Assembly: GCA_030593065.1 (NCBI GenBank)
Contig: JAUVHV010000002.1
Coordinates: 104,098 to 168,097 of the forward strand
DNA from: Candidatus Omnitrophota bacterium
GTDB taxonomy: Bacteria; Omnitrophota; Gorgyraeia; JABMRG01
Reading direction: 5' to 3'
DNA: 64,000 nucleotides
The position numbers and the translations under genes were made by a program. Under the pieces are notes generated by a model. The model saw only the letters and a list, made by a program, of their open reading frames with translations. It searched no databases and was not told where the DNA came from. Shown piece after piece: positions 1-9,273 of this stretch (the first letter of the stretch is position 1; each line of letters begins with the position of its first letter).

Positions 1-357
1 CTTGTCTGTTAACGTATTAAAAGAGTTGGCCAGATCACCAATCTCACCCCGGTCATTTACCTTTACTTTCTGGCTATAATTTCCGCTGGCTATCTGTTTC
101 GCATTGCTGCTAAAACTTGATAAAGCTACCATGCTTCTCCTGATAAGATCAAATGAAGCCAGGCTCAAAAGGACCACAAGTAAAACAGTAAGCTTAAAAA
201 AAGGCAACTGTTTATCTATTATAGGTGTTAAATATAAAAAATTTACAATATAAAGTAATAGGACAATGGGTACAAGCGACATAAATACAAAAGCAATACT
301 AAATTTTCTATATAAGCTTGTTTGCGCAAGCCCATCTATCTTAGCGTTAGCATCCAT
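1..357 (-). CDS. HAMP domain-containing membrane protein; N-terminal part only, the gene runs off the 5' edge of the window
   Basis: Minus-strand ATG at 355-357 preceded by AAGGAG. Translation MDANAKIDGL... has a TM segment followed by a HAMP-like motif (DRGEIGDLANSFNTL). No stop before the window edge. Confidence 0.5.
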   Translation of the reverse strand, partial: MDANAKIDGLAQTSLYRKFSIAFVFMSLVPIVLLLYIVNFLYLTPIIDKQLPFFKLTVLLVVLLSLASFDLIRRSMVALSSFSSNAKQIASGNYSQKVKVNDRGEIGDLANSFNTLTDK

Positions 358-383
358 CTATAAGCTCCTTAAATAAGCTCTCA

Positions 384-1250
384 TTATATGCCTGAGGAAT
401 CTATAATCTCAGGCACAAGGCGCTCCCACCCTATCGGCATTATATGAACACCTCGGCAGAGCCCCTTAAGCTCGTTAATCATCCTAACAGCTATCTCAAT
501 CGATTTCTTCTGCTTATCTGAAGCGCTCTCTACCTCTTTTATTAACTTAGCGGGTACATATATACCCGCTACATTTTCGTTCATATACCTTGCCATTTTT
601 CCGGACTTAAGCAGTATAATACCCGCTATAATTGGAATATTATATTGTGTAACTTTAGTAATAAACTCTTTAAATCTTATTATATCAAATACACCCTGTG
701 TCTGGAAAAATTGTACCCCGCAAGCTATCTTCTTCTCCATCTTTATGAGCTCCGGTTCCAATGGGTCTGCACAGGGATTTACTACCGCTCCAACGCAGAA
801 TTCCGGTTTGCCTTTAAGCTTATTGCCTGAACTGTCTTTACCTTGCTGTAAAGTCTTTATAATCTCTAACAATTGTATGGAATCGAGATCGAATACCGGT
901 TTTGCCTGCGGATGATCTCCTTTCAAAGGATGATCCCCGGTCAAAGCCAGAATATTTTCTATGCCAAGACAGGCAGCTGAGAGAATATCTGATTGGAGCG
1001 CAAGCCTGTTTCTGTCACGGCATGTTATCTGGAAAATAGGATCTATGCCCATCTGTTTAAGAAGATAAGAACCTGCCAGAGACCCCAATCTCATAACAGC
1101 GCTCTGAAGGTCTGTAACATTAATCGCGTCCACTTTACCGATAAGCGGCTTTGCCGTATCAAGCATCTTTGTTATATCGGTTCCCTTCGGAGGGCCCACT
1201 TCGCTTGTTACTATGAACTTATTTGATCTTATAGCTTTTTTCAAATCCAT
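384..1250 (-). CDS. metF: 5,10-methylenetetrahydrofolate reductase (MetF-type)
   Basis: 288 aa with MTHFR TIM-barrel motifs (TSEVGPPKG near the N-terminus; DAINVTD). Co-located with an MTHFR C-terminal-domain protein, folD, fchA and fhs. Confidence 0.85.
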   Translation of the reverse strand: MDLKKAIRSNKFIVTSEVGPPKGTDITKMLDTAKPLIGKVDAINVTDLQSAVMRLGSLAGSYLLKQMGIDPIFQITCRDRNRLALQSDILSAACLGIENILALTGDHPLKGDHPQAKPVFDLDSIQLLEIIKTLQQGKDSSGNKLKGKPEFCVGAVVNPCADPLEPELIKMEKKIACGVQFFQTQGVFDIIRFKEFITKVTQYNIPIIAGIILLKSGKMARYMNENVAGIYVPAKLIKEVESASDKQKKSIEIAVRMINELKGLCRGVHIMPIGWERLVPEIIDSSGI

Positions 1251-1294
1251 TACGCCTGATCCCTTTTTTAAATACTATAATCTGATAAAATAAA

Positions 1295-1939
1295 CTACAA
1301 AATAATCTTCTGCGGCTTAAGTTGTTTTGAATAATCGAGCGGCTTATAGATCTTTCTCATATTGTCCAAATCCCCTGACTCTTTCAAGCTTTTATATATT
1401 AATATCCAGCCGCAATCTTTCTCTTTATCGACCTCACATTTCTCGTTCTTTGAACCACCGCATGGGCCATTGAGCAGGCCTTTCGAACAGACAGTCAAGG
1501 AGCATATTGTGCCTGTCCTGTCAATAATGCAATCACCACAAAGTATACATTTCTGTGTAAAATGGCCTGCGCGCTCTACCTCACCGAGAAACAGCGTCTC
1601 AAGCGCGGGTAAAACCCTTTCTGCCTTGGTGCCATCTTTTATAACCTGCGCACCGTCACCACAGGCTAAGACCAGTACTGCATCTGTCTGTTTGAACGTC
1701 TCCTTATTCTTATGAAAAAGCTGTTTTACCTTAACCAGGTGGCATGCAGGGTCAAGTATCGCCTTGCCTGTAATCTTTAAACCTTCCTTTCGCAGATCGC
1801 TCTCCATCTCATCAACCTGATCCTCACCTCCTGTTTTACAGACAGTCGCGCATTGAGCACATCCTATAAGAAATACTGTTTTGTTTCCTTTAAGTGAATT
1901 AAAAATCTGCTTACGCGATCTCTTCTCTGTTATTATCAT
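1295..1939 (-). CDS. metV: Methylene-THF reductase C-terminal-domain protein (MetV-like zinc-ribbon / FeS small subunit)
   Basis: 214 aa, Cys-rich (CAQCATVC, CGDC, CxxC clusters). Lies immediately upstream of metF, as in acetogen metVF pairs. Confidence 0.7.
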   Translation of the reverse strand: MIITEKRSRKQIFNSLKGNKTVFLIGCAQCATVCKTGGEDQVDEMESDLRKEGLKITGKAILDPACHLVKVKQLFHKNKETFKQTDAVLVLACGDGAQVIKDGTKAERVLPALETLFLGEVERAGHFTQKCILCGDCIIDRTGTICSLTVCSKGLLNGPCGGSKNEKCEVDKEKDCGWILIYKSLKESGDLDNMRKIYKPLDYSKQLKPQKIIL

Positions 1940-2802
1940 CTTACACCTTTCTGTTTCTGAAAAAGCTCAACACAGTTGCGCATCAATATAGTAGTAGTAA
2001 GCGGCCCAACGCCACCAGGCACAGGCGTAATATAAGATGCTCTCTCACTTGCCTTATCAAACTCTACATCACCTACAATCTTACCGTCGACCCTGTTAAT
2101 CCCTATATCTATTACAACGGCGTGTTCTTTTATCCATTCTCCTTTAATAATCTTTGGCTTTCCCACGGCAACGATAAGCACCTCCGCACGGCTTATATGT
2201 TCTATTAGGTTGCCTTTCTCACTGGTTGCAACATGGCATACAGTAACTGTCGCGAATTTATCCAAAAGAAGCATTGCGAGAGGTTTGCCAACTATACCGC
2301 TATGGCCTATTATGACTGCCTCTTTGCCATATAGATCAATACCACTAAGATTTATAAGCTCCATCGCGGCCGATGCTGTAGGCGGTACCACTTTGTAAGC
2401 GTTAAGCAGCAGCTTTCCCTTATTCTCAGGGCTGATACCCTCTACATCTTTATCCGATGATATAAATGACGTTATTTTTATAATATCAAACCCCTCGGGT
2501 AAAGGGGACTGCAGTATAATCCCATTAACACTTTTGTCCTTATTCAACTGAGTTATCTTCTCTATAAGATCCTGCTCTGAAATGCAGCCGGCAAGTTTAA
2601 CAAGCTCATAGTCCATATTAATGGTATTGGCGATTCTTTTCTGTGAATTAGTATAAACTGAAAAAGCGCCCCCCTCACCTATCTGCAAAGCTATCAACCT
2701 CGGGACAGAGCCGATTGAATGCTTTAAAAATTTTATCTTGTCTTTCAACTTGTGCTTTATTTCATCAGCTTTTTTACCGCCATCAAGTATTATTGCACCC
2801 AT
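1936..2802 (-). CDS. folD: Bifunctional methylene-THF dehydrogenase / methenyl-THF cyclohydrolase FolD (start probably the internal MGAIILDGG)
   Basis: Motifs GHSGIVGKPLAMLL and PVPGGVGPLTTTILMRN. ORF-track start 2841, but the FolD-typical N-terminus begins at M14 (2802), which removes the overlap with fchA. Confidence 0.9.
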   Translation of the reverse strand: MGAIILDGGKKADEIKHKLKDKIKFLKHSIGSVPRLIALQIGEGGAFSVYTNSQKRIANTINMDYELVKLAGCISEQDLIEKITQLNKDKSVNGIILQSPLPEGFDIIKITSFISSDKDVEGISPENKGKLLLNAYKVVPPTASAAMELINLSGIDLYGKEAVIIGHSGIVGKPLAMLLLDKFATVTVCHVATSEKGNLIEHISRAEVLIVAVGKPKIIKGEWIKEHAVVIDIGINRVDGKIVGDVEFDKASERASYITPVPGGVGPLTTTILMRNCVELFQKQKGVR

Positions 2803-2803
2803 C

Positions 2804-3415
2804 TTATGTATGCATCCTTTCCCGAGCTTTAGATAAAACATGCGTCTTAAGCTTCTTCATTTCACGGTGAAGGGCCCTGTACCTTTCTGTGTTATTGATA
2901 ACATATTTCTTGTCTCTTACACGTTCTAAGTTAATATTGATATTTGCCAGGGCTGATTCAAACGCGGCATCAAGTGTATATACTGCTACAATCACATCTG
3001 ATAATATATTTTTATTTCCGACATATGCCAGTTCAAGCGCGACTAGAGTTACTTTGTAAGCATAATTACAGACATTAGATGGCGGCGTTATGGCTCTTTT
3101 TAGAGCTGGCTGCTGACTAATAATATTATCCTTATATTTTTTAAGCGCACTTGACAAATTTTCATACGCCTTTATATCTTTATCAATAAGGTCTGTCAGC
3201 TTTTTTCTTATGTTTTCGGATTTTTTCAATGCCTTTTGAGACCTCTCTTTATATCCATTAAAACCTTTTCCAGCTAAGGTAAAATTAGCTACCATGCTTA
3301 AAAGTCCGCAACCTAATACTCCTAACAGGGCGGATGTACTTCCTCCGCCGGGAATAGGTGTCTTCGCGGCCAGTTGATCCGCATAATACCTCATACTCTT
3401 ATCTATAAATTTCAT
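2804..3415 (-). CDS. fchA: Methenyl-THF cyclohydrolase / formimidoyl-THF cyclodeaminase family protein (FchA-like)
   Basis: 203 aa with the PIPGGGSTSALLGVLG motif of the cyclodeaminase/cyclohydrolase family. Positioned between fhs and folD. Confidence 0.8.
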   Translation of the reverse strand: MKFIDKSMRYYADQLAAKTPIPGGGSTSALLGVLGCGLLSMVANFTLAGKGFNGYKERSQKALKKSENIRKKLTDLIDKDIKAYENLSSALKKYKDNIISQQPALKRAITPPSNVCNYAYKVTLVALELAYVGNKNILSDVIVAVYTLDAAFESALANININLERVRDKKYVINNTERYRALHREMKKLKTHVLSKARERMHT

Positions 3416-3435
3416 AATATTTTCTCCTTACATTC

Positions 3436-5043
3436 CTAAAACAACCCTTTAATCTTACCATGGTTATCAGCAGTAATGTTACATGCTGCCGGTTTTTTAG
3501 GCAGCCCCGGTAAAAGCAGTATGTCACCGCAGACAGGAACAATAAAACCTGCGCCTGAAAATATCCTTATCTGGTGTATATTCAATTTCCATTCCTCAGG
3601 CCTGCCTTTCAAAAGGTGGTTATCAGATAAAGAAAACTGTGTCTTAGCAATATTGACAGCAAGCCTGTTCAAGCCAAGATCCTCTATAACCTTGAGGTCT
3701 TTCTTTGCCTGCAGACTAAAATTTACCCCTTTCCCACCGTATATTCTGGTAGATATAAGCTCTATCTTGCCCTTTATACTTAATTCTTCATTATAGAGAA
3801 GCTTAAACCCGCATTCGCCTTTTTTAAGCTGGCGCATGCATCCTTCTGCCAACTCTATCGCACCGCAGCCTCCTCTAGCAACAGCATCCGATATATAGCT
3901 CTCCACCCCAAGCTCCTGGCAACAGGCCTTTATCTGTTTAAGAGCCTTAGGTGGATCATTGGGAAATTTGTTTATCGCAACTATGGGTTCTATACCGAAA
4001 CACCTTATTATATTGATATGCTTCTTAAGATTAGGCAACCCATGCAGCCTCATAGCTCTACGAGAGACAACTATAACCGCCAGTTCCGGCCTTAATCTGC
4101 CTTGCCGGCATACAACATTAAAAAATTTCTCCGCACCGAGATCAGCGCCAAAACCACTTTCCGTTATTACATAATCCGCTAGTTTCAATCCCATAAGTAT
4201 TGACATAAGGCTATTTGCGCCATGGGCAATATTTGCGAAAGGCCCGCAATGAACAAAGGCGGGATTACCTTCTATCGTCTGGACAAGATTGGGCATAATA
4301 GCGTTAACCAGAAGCGCGCTCATTGAGCCAACAGCATTTAAGGTTTTAGGCGTAACAGGTTTCTTCTTCTTTGTAAAAGCAACTATCATACGTGAAAGCC
4401 TGTTTTGCAGATCCGCTATATTTCTGCTTAAGGCGAGGATTGCCATTGTTTCGGATGCGGCTATAATATCAAAGCCGCTCTCATAAGAAACTTTTTTGTC
4501 GATATTAAAACGTATCTTCCGAAGTGTCCTGTCACTTATATCTATGGTTCGCCGCAATAGTATATTGTTTATATCAATATTGAGCTTGTTATTAAAATAG
4601 ATACTGCTATCGAGCATGGCGCAAAGTAGGTTATTCGCTCCGGATACCGCATAACTATCACCTGTAAAATGGAGATTTATATCCTCCATTGGTATCACCT
4701 GGGAATATCCTCCGCCACAGGCGCCGCCCTTGATACCAAACATAGGCCCCAGTGAAGGTTCACGTAAACAGAGAAAAGCTTTTCTCTTCAATCTTCCGAA
4801 TGCCTGTGCCAGGCCTATAGCGGTCGAGGTCTTTCCTTCTCCATGTTTTGTAGGTGTTATAGAAGTGACAAGTATAAGTTTTCCATCGGGCTTGCTTTTT
4901 AATCTTGAGAGAAGTGAAGGGGATACTTTAGCTATATGGTTACCGTAAGGTATAAGTTCTTCATTCTTTATACCTGCGGATTTTGCTACCTCAGTTATCT
5001 GCTTCGGCTTTACACGCTGAGCTATCTCTATATCAGAAAGCAT
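3436..5043 (-). CDS. fhs: Formate--tetrahydrofolate ligase
   Basis: 535 aa; TPTKHGEGKTSTAIGL P-loop region; full-length FTHFS architecture. Confidence 0.92.
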   Translation of the reverse strand: MLSDIEIAQRVKPKQITEVAKSAGIKNEELIPYGNHIAKVSPSLLSRLKSKPDGKLILVTSITPTKHGEGKTSTAIGLAQAFGRLKRKAFLCLREPSLGPMFGIKGGACGGGYSQVIPMEDINLHFTGDSYAVSGANNLLCAMLDSSIYFNNKLNIDINNILLRRTIDISDRTLRKIRFNIDKKVSYESGFDIIAASETMAILALSRNIADLQNRLSRMIVAFTKKKKPVTPKTLNAVGSMSALLVNAIMPNLVQTIEGNPAFVHCGPFANIAHGANSLMSILMGLKLADYVITESGFGADLGAEKFFNVVCRQGRLRPELAVIVVSRRAMRLHGLPNLKKHINIIRCFGIEPIVAINKFPNDPPKALKQIKACCQELGVESYISDAVARGGCGAIELAEGCMRQLKKGECGFKLLYNEELSIKGKIELISTRIYGGKGVNFSLQAKKDLKVIEDLGLNRLAVNIAKTQFSLSDNHLLKGRPEEWKLNIHQIRIFSGAGFIVPVCGDILLLPGLPKKPAACNITADNHGKIKGLF

Positions 5044-5060
5044 ATTGTCATTACCTTATC

Positions 5061-5702
5061 TTATTTTACCCGAAAGCTGCGCCTGTGTATAGGCGAAAAT
5101 CCCTTTTCGATAATTGCGCTCATATGCTCTTTAGTAGCATAACCTTTATGGCGGTAAAAACCATACCCCGGAAAGATGCTATCATAAAACTGAAGCAACC
5201 GATCACGGGTAACCTTTGCAACTATTGAGGCGCATGCTATGGATAAACTTTTCTGATCACCATTGATAATAGTAGACTGCTTCGTATCAAACCGTAACCG
5301 CATATTTCCATCTATAAGTAAAAGGTCTGGCTGAGCACAGAGCTCAAGTACTGATCTCTCCATTGCGAGCATTGTGGCCTGATATATATTAATATCGTCA
5401 ACAACAGCCTCTGAGACTATCCCGATACCTATTATAGCCCTATCAAAAATTTCCTTATACGCGCGTCTTCTTGCAAAAGGAGTCAGTTTTTTAGAGTCAT
5501 CTATCCTGACCGAAAAATCATGCCGTTTAAGCACAATAGCGGAGGCAACAACCGGGCCCGCTAAAGGCCCTCTGCCGGCTTCATCAATACCAGCTATAGA
5601 CCTGTAACCCCGGCTTCTGGCAATATCTTCTTTGTGAAGCAGCCTATTTCTCTTTCTTTGAAATCGATCCAATCTTTTCTTCAACCGTTGTCTTTTTACC
5701 AA
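5061..5702 (-). CDS. rnhB: Ribonuclease HII
   Basis: [17 protein letters not shown] motif. The annotated start overlaps the rplS 3' end by 59 bp; the true start is uncertain. Confidence 0.85.
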   Translation of the reverse strand: MVKRQRLKKRLDRFQRKRNRLLHKEDIARSRGYRSIAGIDEAGRGPLAGPVVASAIVLKRHDFSVRIDDSKKLTPFARRRAYKEIFDRAIIGIGIVSEAVVDDINIYQATMLAMERSVLELCAQPDLLLIDGNMRLRFDTKQSTIINGDQKSLSIACASIVAKVTRDRLLQFYDSIFPGYGFYRHKGYATKEHMSAIIEKGFSPIHRRSFRVK

Positions 5703-6009
5703 CCTTTTTTCTCAAATAATAAAGTTTGGCACGCCTTACTTTTCCCCGCCTTGTTATCTCTACTTTGTCTACACTGGGTGCGTGAAGAGAGAATGTCCTT
5801 TCAACCCCTTCTCCATAAGAAACGCGCCTTACAGTAAAAGATTCCCTCACTCCGGAGCCTTTCTTTGATATAACTATTCCTTCAAATGCCTGAAGCCTCT
5901 GCTTCTCTTCTTCAATAATCCTTATAAATACCTTTACTGTATCACCCACTGAAAATTTAGGGGCGTCTTTCTTCATATATTTCGCTTCTGTTTCCTCGAT
6001 TTTATTCAT
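5644..6009 (-). CDS. rplS: 50S ribosomal protein L19
   Basis: 121 aa; [10 protein letters not shown]...[14 protein letters not shown] is typical of L19. Confidence 0.92.
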   Translation of the reverse strand: MNKIEETEAKYMKKDAPKFSVGDTVKVFIRIIEEEKQRLQAFEGIVISKKGSGVRESFTVRRVSYGEGVERTFSLHAPSVDKVEITRRGKVRRAKLYYLRKKVGKKTTVEEKIGSISKKEK

Positions 6010-6082
6010 GCCGCTGTCTCCTTCCTATTATAATATCTGATCAATATTAGGTTCTCTTAAATTTGTAGTTATACAATTATAG

Positions 6083-6775
6083 CTATGCCTCTAACTGGCT
6101 TATATGTTTTATCAGATCAGGCCTCTGATCAATGGTCTTTAGAACAGACTCTTTTTTTCTCCAGGACTTTACAAGATTATGGTTACCTGAAATAAGCAGT
6201 TCCGGAACCTTTTTACCTCTGTAATCCGCGGGGCGTGTATATTGTGGATATTCCAATAACCCGTCGGTAAAGCTTTCATCTATATTAGACTTTTCATGGC
6301 CCAGTACACCGGGTAAAAGCCTCACCACGCTGTCTATCAACACCATAGCAGGTAATTCACCCCCGGTCAATACATAATCTCCGATTGATATCTCCTGGTC
6401 TATAAAATCCATAATCCTCTCATCTACGCCCTCATAATGTCCGCACACAAGTATAAGCCCCGCTGCTTTCGAAAGAGATAAACAGATGGAATGATTAAGC
6501 ATCTTCCCTTTTGGACTCATAAGTATTACCTTTGCGCGTGGCGATAACCTCTTTATACTGCTGAGCGCGTCAATAACAGGCTGGCACTGCAATACCATCC
6601 CCGGGCCCCCGCCAAAAGGCTTGTCATCTACCTTGTGGTGTTTATTGGCCGCAAAATCCCGTATATTATGTGTGCGTATCTTTACTTTCGCGAATCGCTG
6701 AGCACGCTCAATAATCGATTCTGAAGTTAATGCCTTAAACATACCTGGAAAAAGTGTCAATATATCTATATTCAT
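6083..6775 (-). CDS. trmD: tRNA (guanine37-N1)-methyltransferase
   Basis: 230 aa; begins MNIDILTLFPGMF, with the SPOUT knot region; adjacent to rpsP and rplS. Confidence 0.9.
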   Translation of the reverse strand: MNIDILTLFPGMFKALTSESIIERAQRFAKVKIRTHNIRDFAANKHHKVDDKPFGGGPGMVLQCQPVIDALSSIKRLSPRAKVILMSPKGKMLNHSICLSLSKAAGLILVCGHYEGVDERIMDFIDQEISIGDYVLTGGELPAMVLIDSVVRLLPGVLGHEKSNIDESFTDGLLEYPQYTRPADYRGKKVPELLISGNHNLVKSWRKKESVLKTIDQRPDLIKHISQLEA

Positions 6776-6813
6776 AGGATTATTACGTTATTGTGTTATA
6801 GCGCAACGGCCTG

Positions 6814-7047
6814 CTATGCTTTTGCCGCAATACTCTTTACTGTATCGCTCATCTGCGCACCGACACCTATCCAATAATTGACGCGCTCTTTGTCTATCTT
6901 GACAAAAGCAGGGTTCTTTGAGGGATCGTAAAAACCGAGTTCCTCTATAGCCCTCGCATTTCTGCTCCTACGCTTATCACAGACTATTATTTTAAAATGC
7001 GGTTTTCCCTTTGTTCCCATCTTTTTTAACCGTATCATTACTGCCAT
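6814..7047 (-). CDS. rpsP: 30S ribosomal protein S16
   Basis: 77 aa; MAVMIRLKKMGTKGKPHFKIIV...YDPSKNP. Confidence 0.92.
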   Translation of the reverse strand: MAVMIRLKKMGTKGKPHFKIIVCDKRRSRNARAIEELGFYDPSKNPAFVKIDKERVNYWIGVGAQMSDTVKSIAAKA

Positions 7048-7109
7048 TGTATCATCTCCTTATGCTCCATGCCTGCCTGCCTGTAGGCAGGCATATAACG
7101 CATGATGGT

Positions 7110-8375
7110 TTAAGATTTTACCCTTTTGATTTTTGCTCCCAACAACGAAAGCTTCTTTTCCATGTCTTTATACCCCCTGTCAAGGTGATATATCCTTGAG
7201 ATAGTAGTCTTGCCTTTAGCAACCATACCTCCTATCACCAGAGCTGCTGATGCCCTGAGATCTGATGCCATTACTTCCGCTCCGCTTAAGTTCTTAGCGC
7301 CATGTACAATAGCGCTGTTTCCTTCAAGGCTTATCTGCGCACCCATCCTGTTAAGTTCTCCAACATGCATAAACCTCTCTGGATATATCTTCTCTGTAAT
7401 AATTGCTATACCTTTTGATACAGCCATAAGTGACATCATCTGTGCCTGTAAATCTGTAGGAAAACCAGGATATGGCAATGTAGTCAAAGCTATCGTCTTT
7501 AGTCTTCGATTGGCTCTTACTCTTATAGCTCCGTTAGGTTTTTTAGTAATCACTGCTCCTGCCTCAATAAGAATATCTATAAGGGCTCTCAGATGATTGA
7601 TATTAGCTCCCTTAATAGTAATATCTCCTTTTGTAGCGCAAGAGGCGATCATGTAAGTAGCCGCTTCTATCCGGTCAGGTATAATCTTATGTGTAGCTCC
7701 ATGCAGGCGCTTCACACCGTCAATCTCTATTGTATGAGTCTTATGGCCTTTGATCCTGGCACCCATCTTTATAAGAAATTCGGCTAAATCGATAATCTCC
7801 GGTTCACATGCAGCATACTCTATTATTGTTTTGCCTTTAGCCAGTGTTGCTGCCATCATAACATTTGCCGTAGCCAACACAGAAGAGCCAAAAGGCCCCC
7901 CTAGATATATTGTGTTGCCTTTCAATCCTTTTGTCTTTGCTATCAGATAACCGTGCTCAACCTTTATATCAGCTCCAAGTGCGTTCAGGCCTTTAGTATG
8001 TATGAATATCGGGCGTGGGCCTATTATACAGCCGCCTGGCAGTGATACTTTGGCATAGAGCTGCTTCGCAAGAAGGGGGCCAAGAATACATATAGAGGCG
8101 CGCATTGTACTTACATAATCATAAGCAGCGGTATTACCTGTATAACCGCCGGGATGTATTTCAAGAGTATCATTTAAAAAGCTTACCTTGACCCCAACTG
8201 TTCGCAATATTTTACACATAGTAAATACATCGCTAAGTTGAGGAACACCTTTAATAACAGATTTGCTTTCAGTAAGCAGGCATGCTGCTATTATTGGCAA
8301 TGCGGCATTTTTTGAGCCATCAATCCTAACCTGGCCTGATAATCGCGTAGGGCCTTCTATTATAAGTTTATCCAT
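7110..8375 (-). CDS. murA: UDP-N-acetylglucosamine 1-carboxyvinyltransferase
   Basis: 421 aa; MDKLIIEGPTRLSGQVRIDGSKNAALPI N-terminus; EPT fold. Confidence 0.92.
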   Translation of the reverse strand: MDKLIIEGPTRLSGQVRIDGSKNAALPIIAACLLTESKSVIKGVPQLSDVFTMCKILRTVGVKVSFLNDTLEIHPGGYTGNTAAYDYVSTMRASICILGPLLAKQLYAKVSLPGGCIIGPRPIFIHTKGLNALGADIKVEHGYLIAKTKGLKGNTIYLGGPFGSSVLATANVMMAATLAKGKTIIEYAACEPEIIDLAEFLIKMGARIKGHKTHTIEIDGVKRLHGATHKIIPDRIEAATYMIASCATKGDITIKGANINHLRALIDILIEAGAVITKKPNGAIRVRANRRLKTIALTTLPYPGFPTDLQAQMMSLMAVSKGIAIITEKIYPERFMHVGELNRMGAQISLEGNSAIVHGAKNLSGAEVMASDLRASAALVIGGMVAKGKTTISRIYHLDRGYKDMEKKLSLLGAKIKRVKS

Positions 8376-9267
8376 TATTTCGGTTTTGAGCCACTATAAC
8401 CCGTTCTATATAATTTAAATCTTTAAAAGTTTTTATATTACCAAAATTACCCGTACTCTCAATAAATCTTTTTACATCTTCGCTTAAATCGTCAGCAAGC
8501 TCTAATACTAAAAAACCGCCATCTATCAAGAAATCCGGGGAGGCCGCTATAATACGGCGATAAAAACTCATTCCATCACTACCCCCGTCTAATGCCTCTA
8601 TGGGATCTCTCTTGACTTCTTCCGAGAGGCCCTTAATCTTCCCGGAACTGATATACGGAGGATTAGAAACTATTATATCTAAAGTGTCCCTGTATTTTTC
8701 CGGAATATCAAAAAGATCGGCCTTAATAAACTCTATTCTTTCAGAAACAGAATTCAAATCTGCGTTTTCAGCCGCTACCTTTAAAGCCTTAACTGAAATA
8801 TCAGAACTTATTATTTTACACCGAGTTAAGGCTTTTGTCAATGAGACAGCGACATTGCCGCTTCCTGTGCACAGATCGAATATAGTCAGCTGCCTGCCCC
8901 CCGAAGCCAATTCTATTACAGTATCAACCAGGATCTCGGTTTCAGGCCTTGGTATAAAGACTCCTTCCCTGACAATAAAGTCATTGCCATAAAAATTTAC
9001 CTTACCAATTATATGCTGCAAAGGTTCACCATCTATACGGCGGCTTATCATCTTCTTAAGAGACTCGATATGTTTTAGGCTTAATACGATTTCATCCAAA
9101 TATAGATCGATTATACGGCATCCTAAGATATCACTCAACATAATCTCCGCGTTAATACGGCTTGAGGCTATACCTGCCTTTTTAAGCCTGGACGCAAGCT
9201 CTAGAACAGGGCTCTTCACTTTTAGTAATTCTTTCCTCTCTTCAGCTAAAGCGCTAACTGCATTCAT
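8368..9267 (-). CDS. prmC: Release factor glutamine N5-methyltransferase (PrmC/HemK)
   Basis: 299 aa; IVSNPPY motif and SAM-binding DLCTGSGNVA; downstream of prfA. Confidence 0.88.
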   Translation of the reverse strand: MNAVSALAEERKELLKVKSPVLELASRLKKAGIASSRINAEIMLSDILGCRIIDLYLDEIVLSLKHIESLKKMISRRIDGEPLQHIIGKVNFYGNDFIVREGVFIPRPETEILVDTVIELASGGRQLTIFDLCTGSGNVAVSLTKALTRCKIISSDISVKALKVAAENADLNSVSERIEFIKADLFDIPEKYRDTLDIIVSNPPYISSGKIKGLSEEVKRDPIEALDGGSDGMSFYRRIIAASPDFLIDGGFLVLELADDLSEDVKRFIESTGNFGNIKTFKDLNYIERVIVAQNRNNG

Positions 9268-9273
9268 AATCTT

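Noticed and set aside
645-1226. Small plus-strand ORFs (61 and 77 aa) inside metF
   Set aside because: They are antisense to a strongly supported gene and have no motifs.
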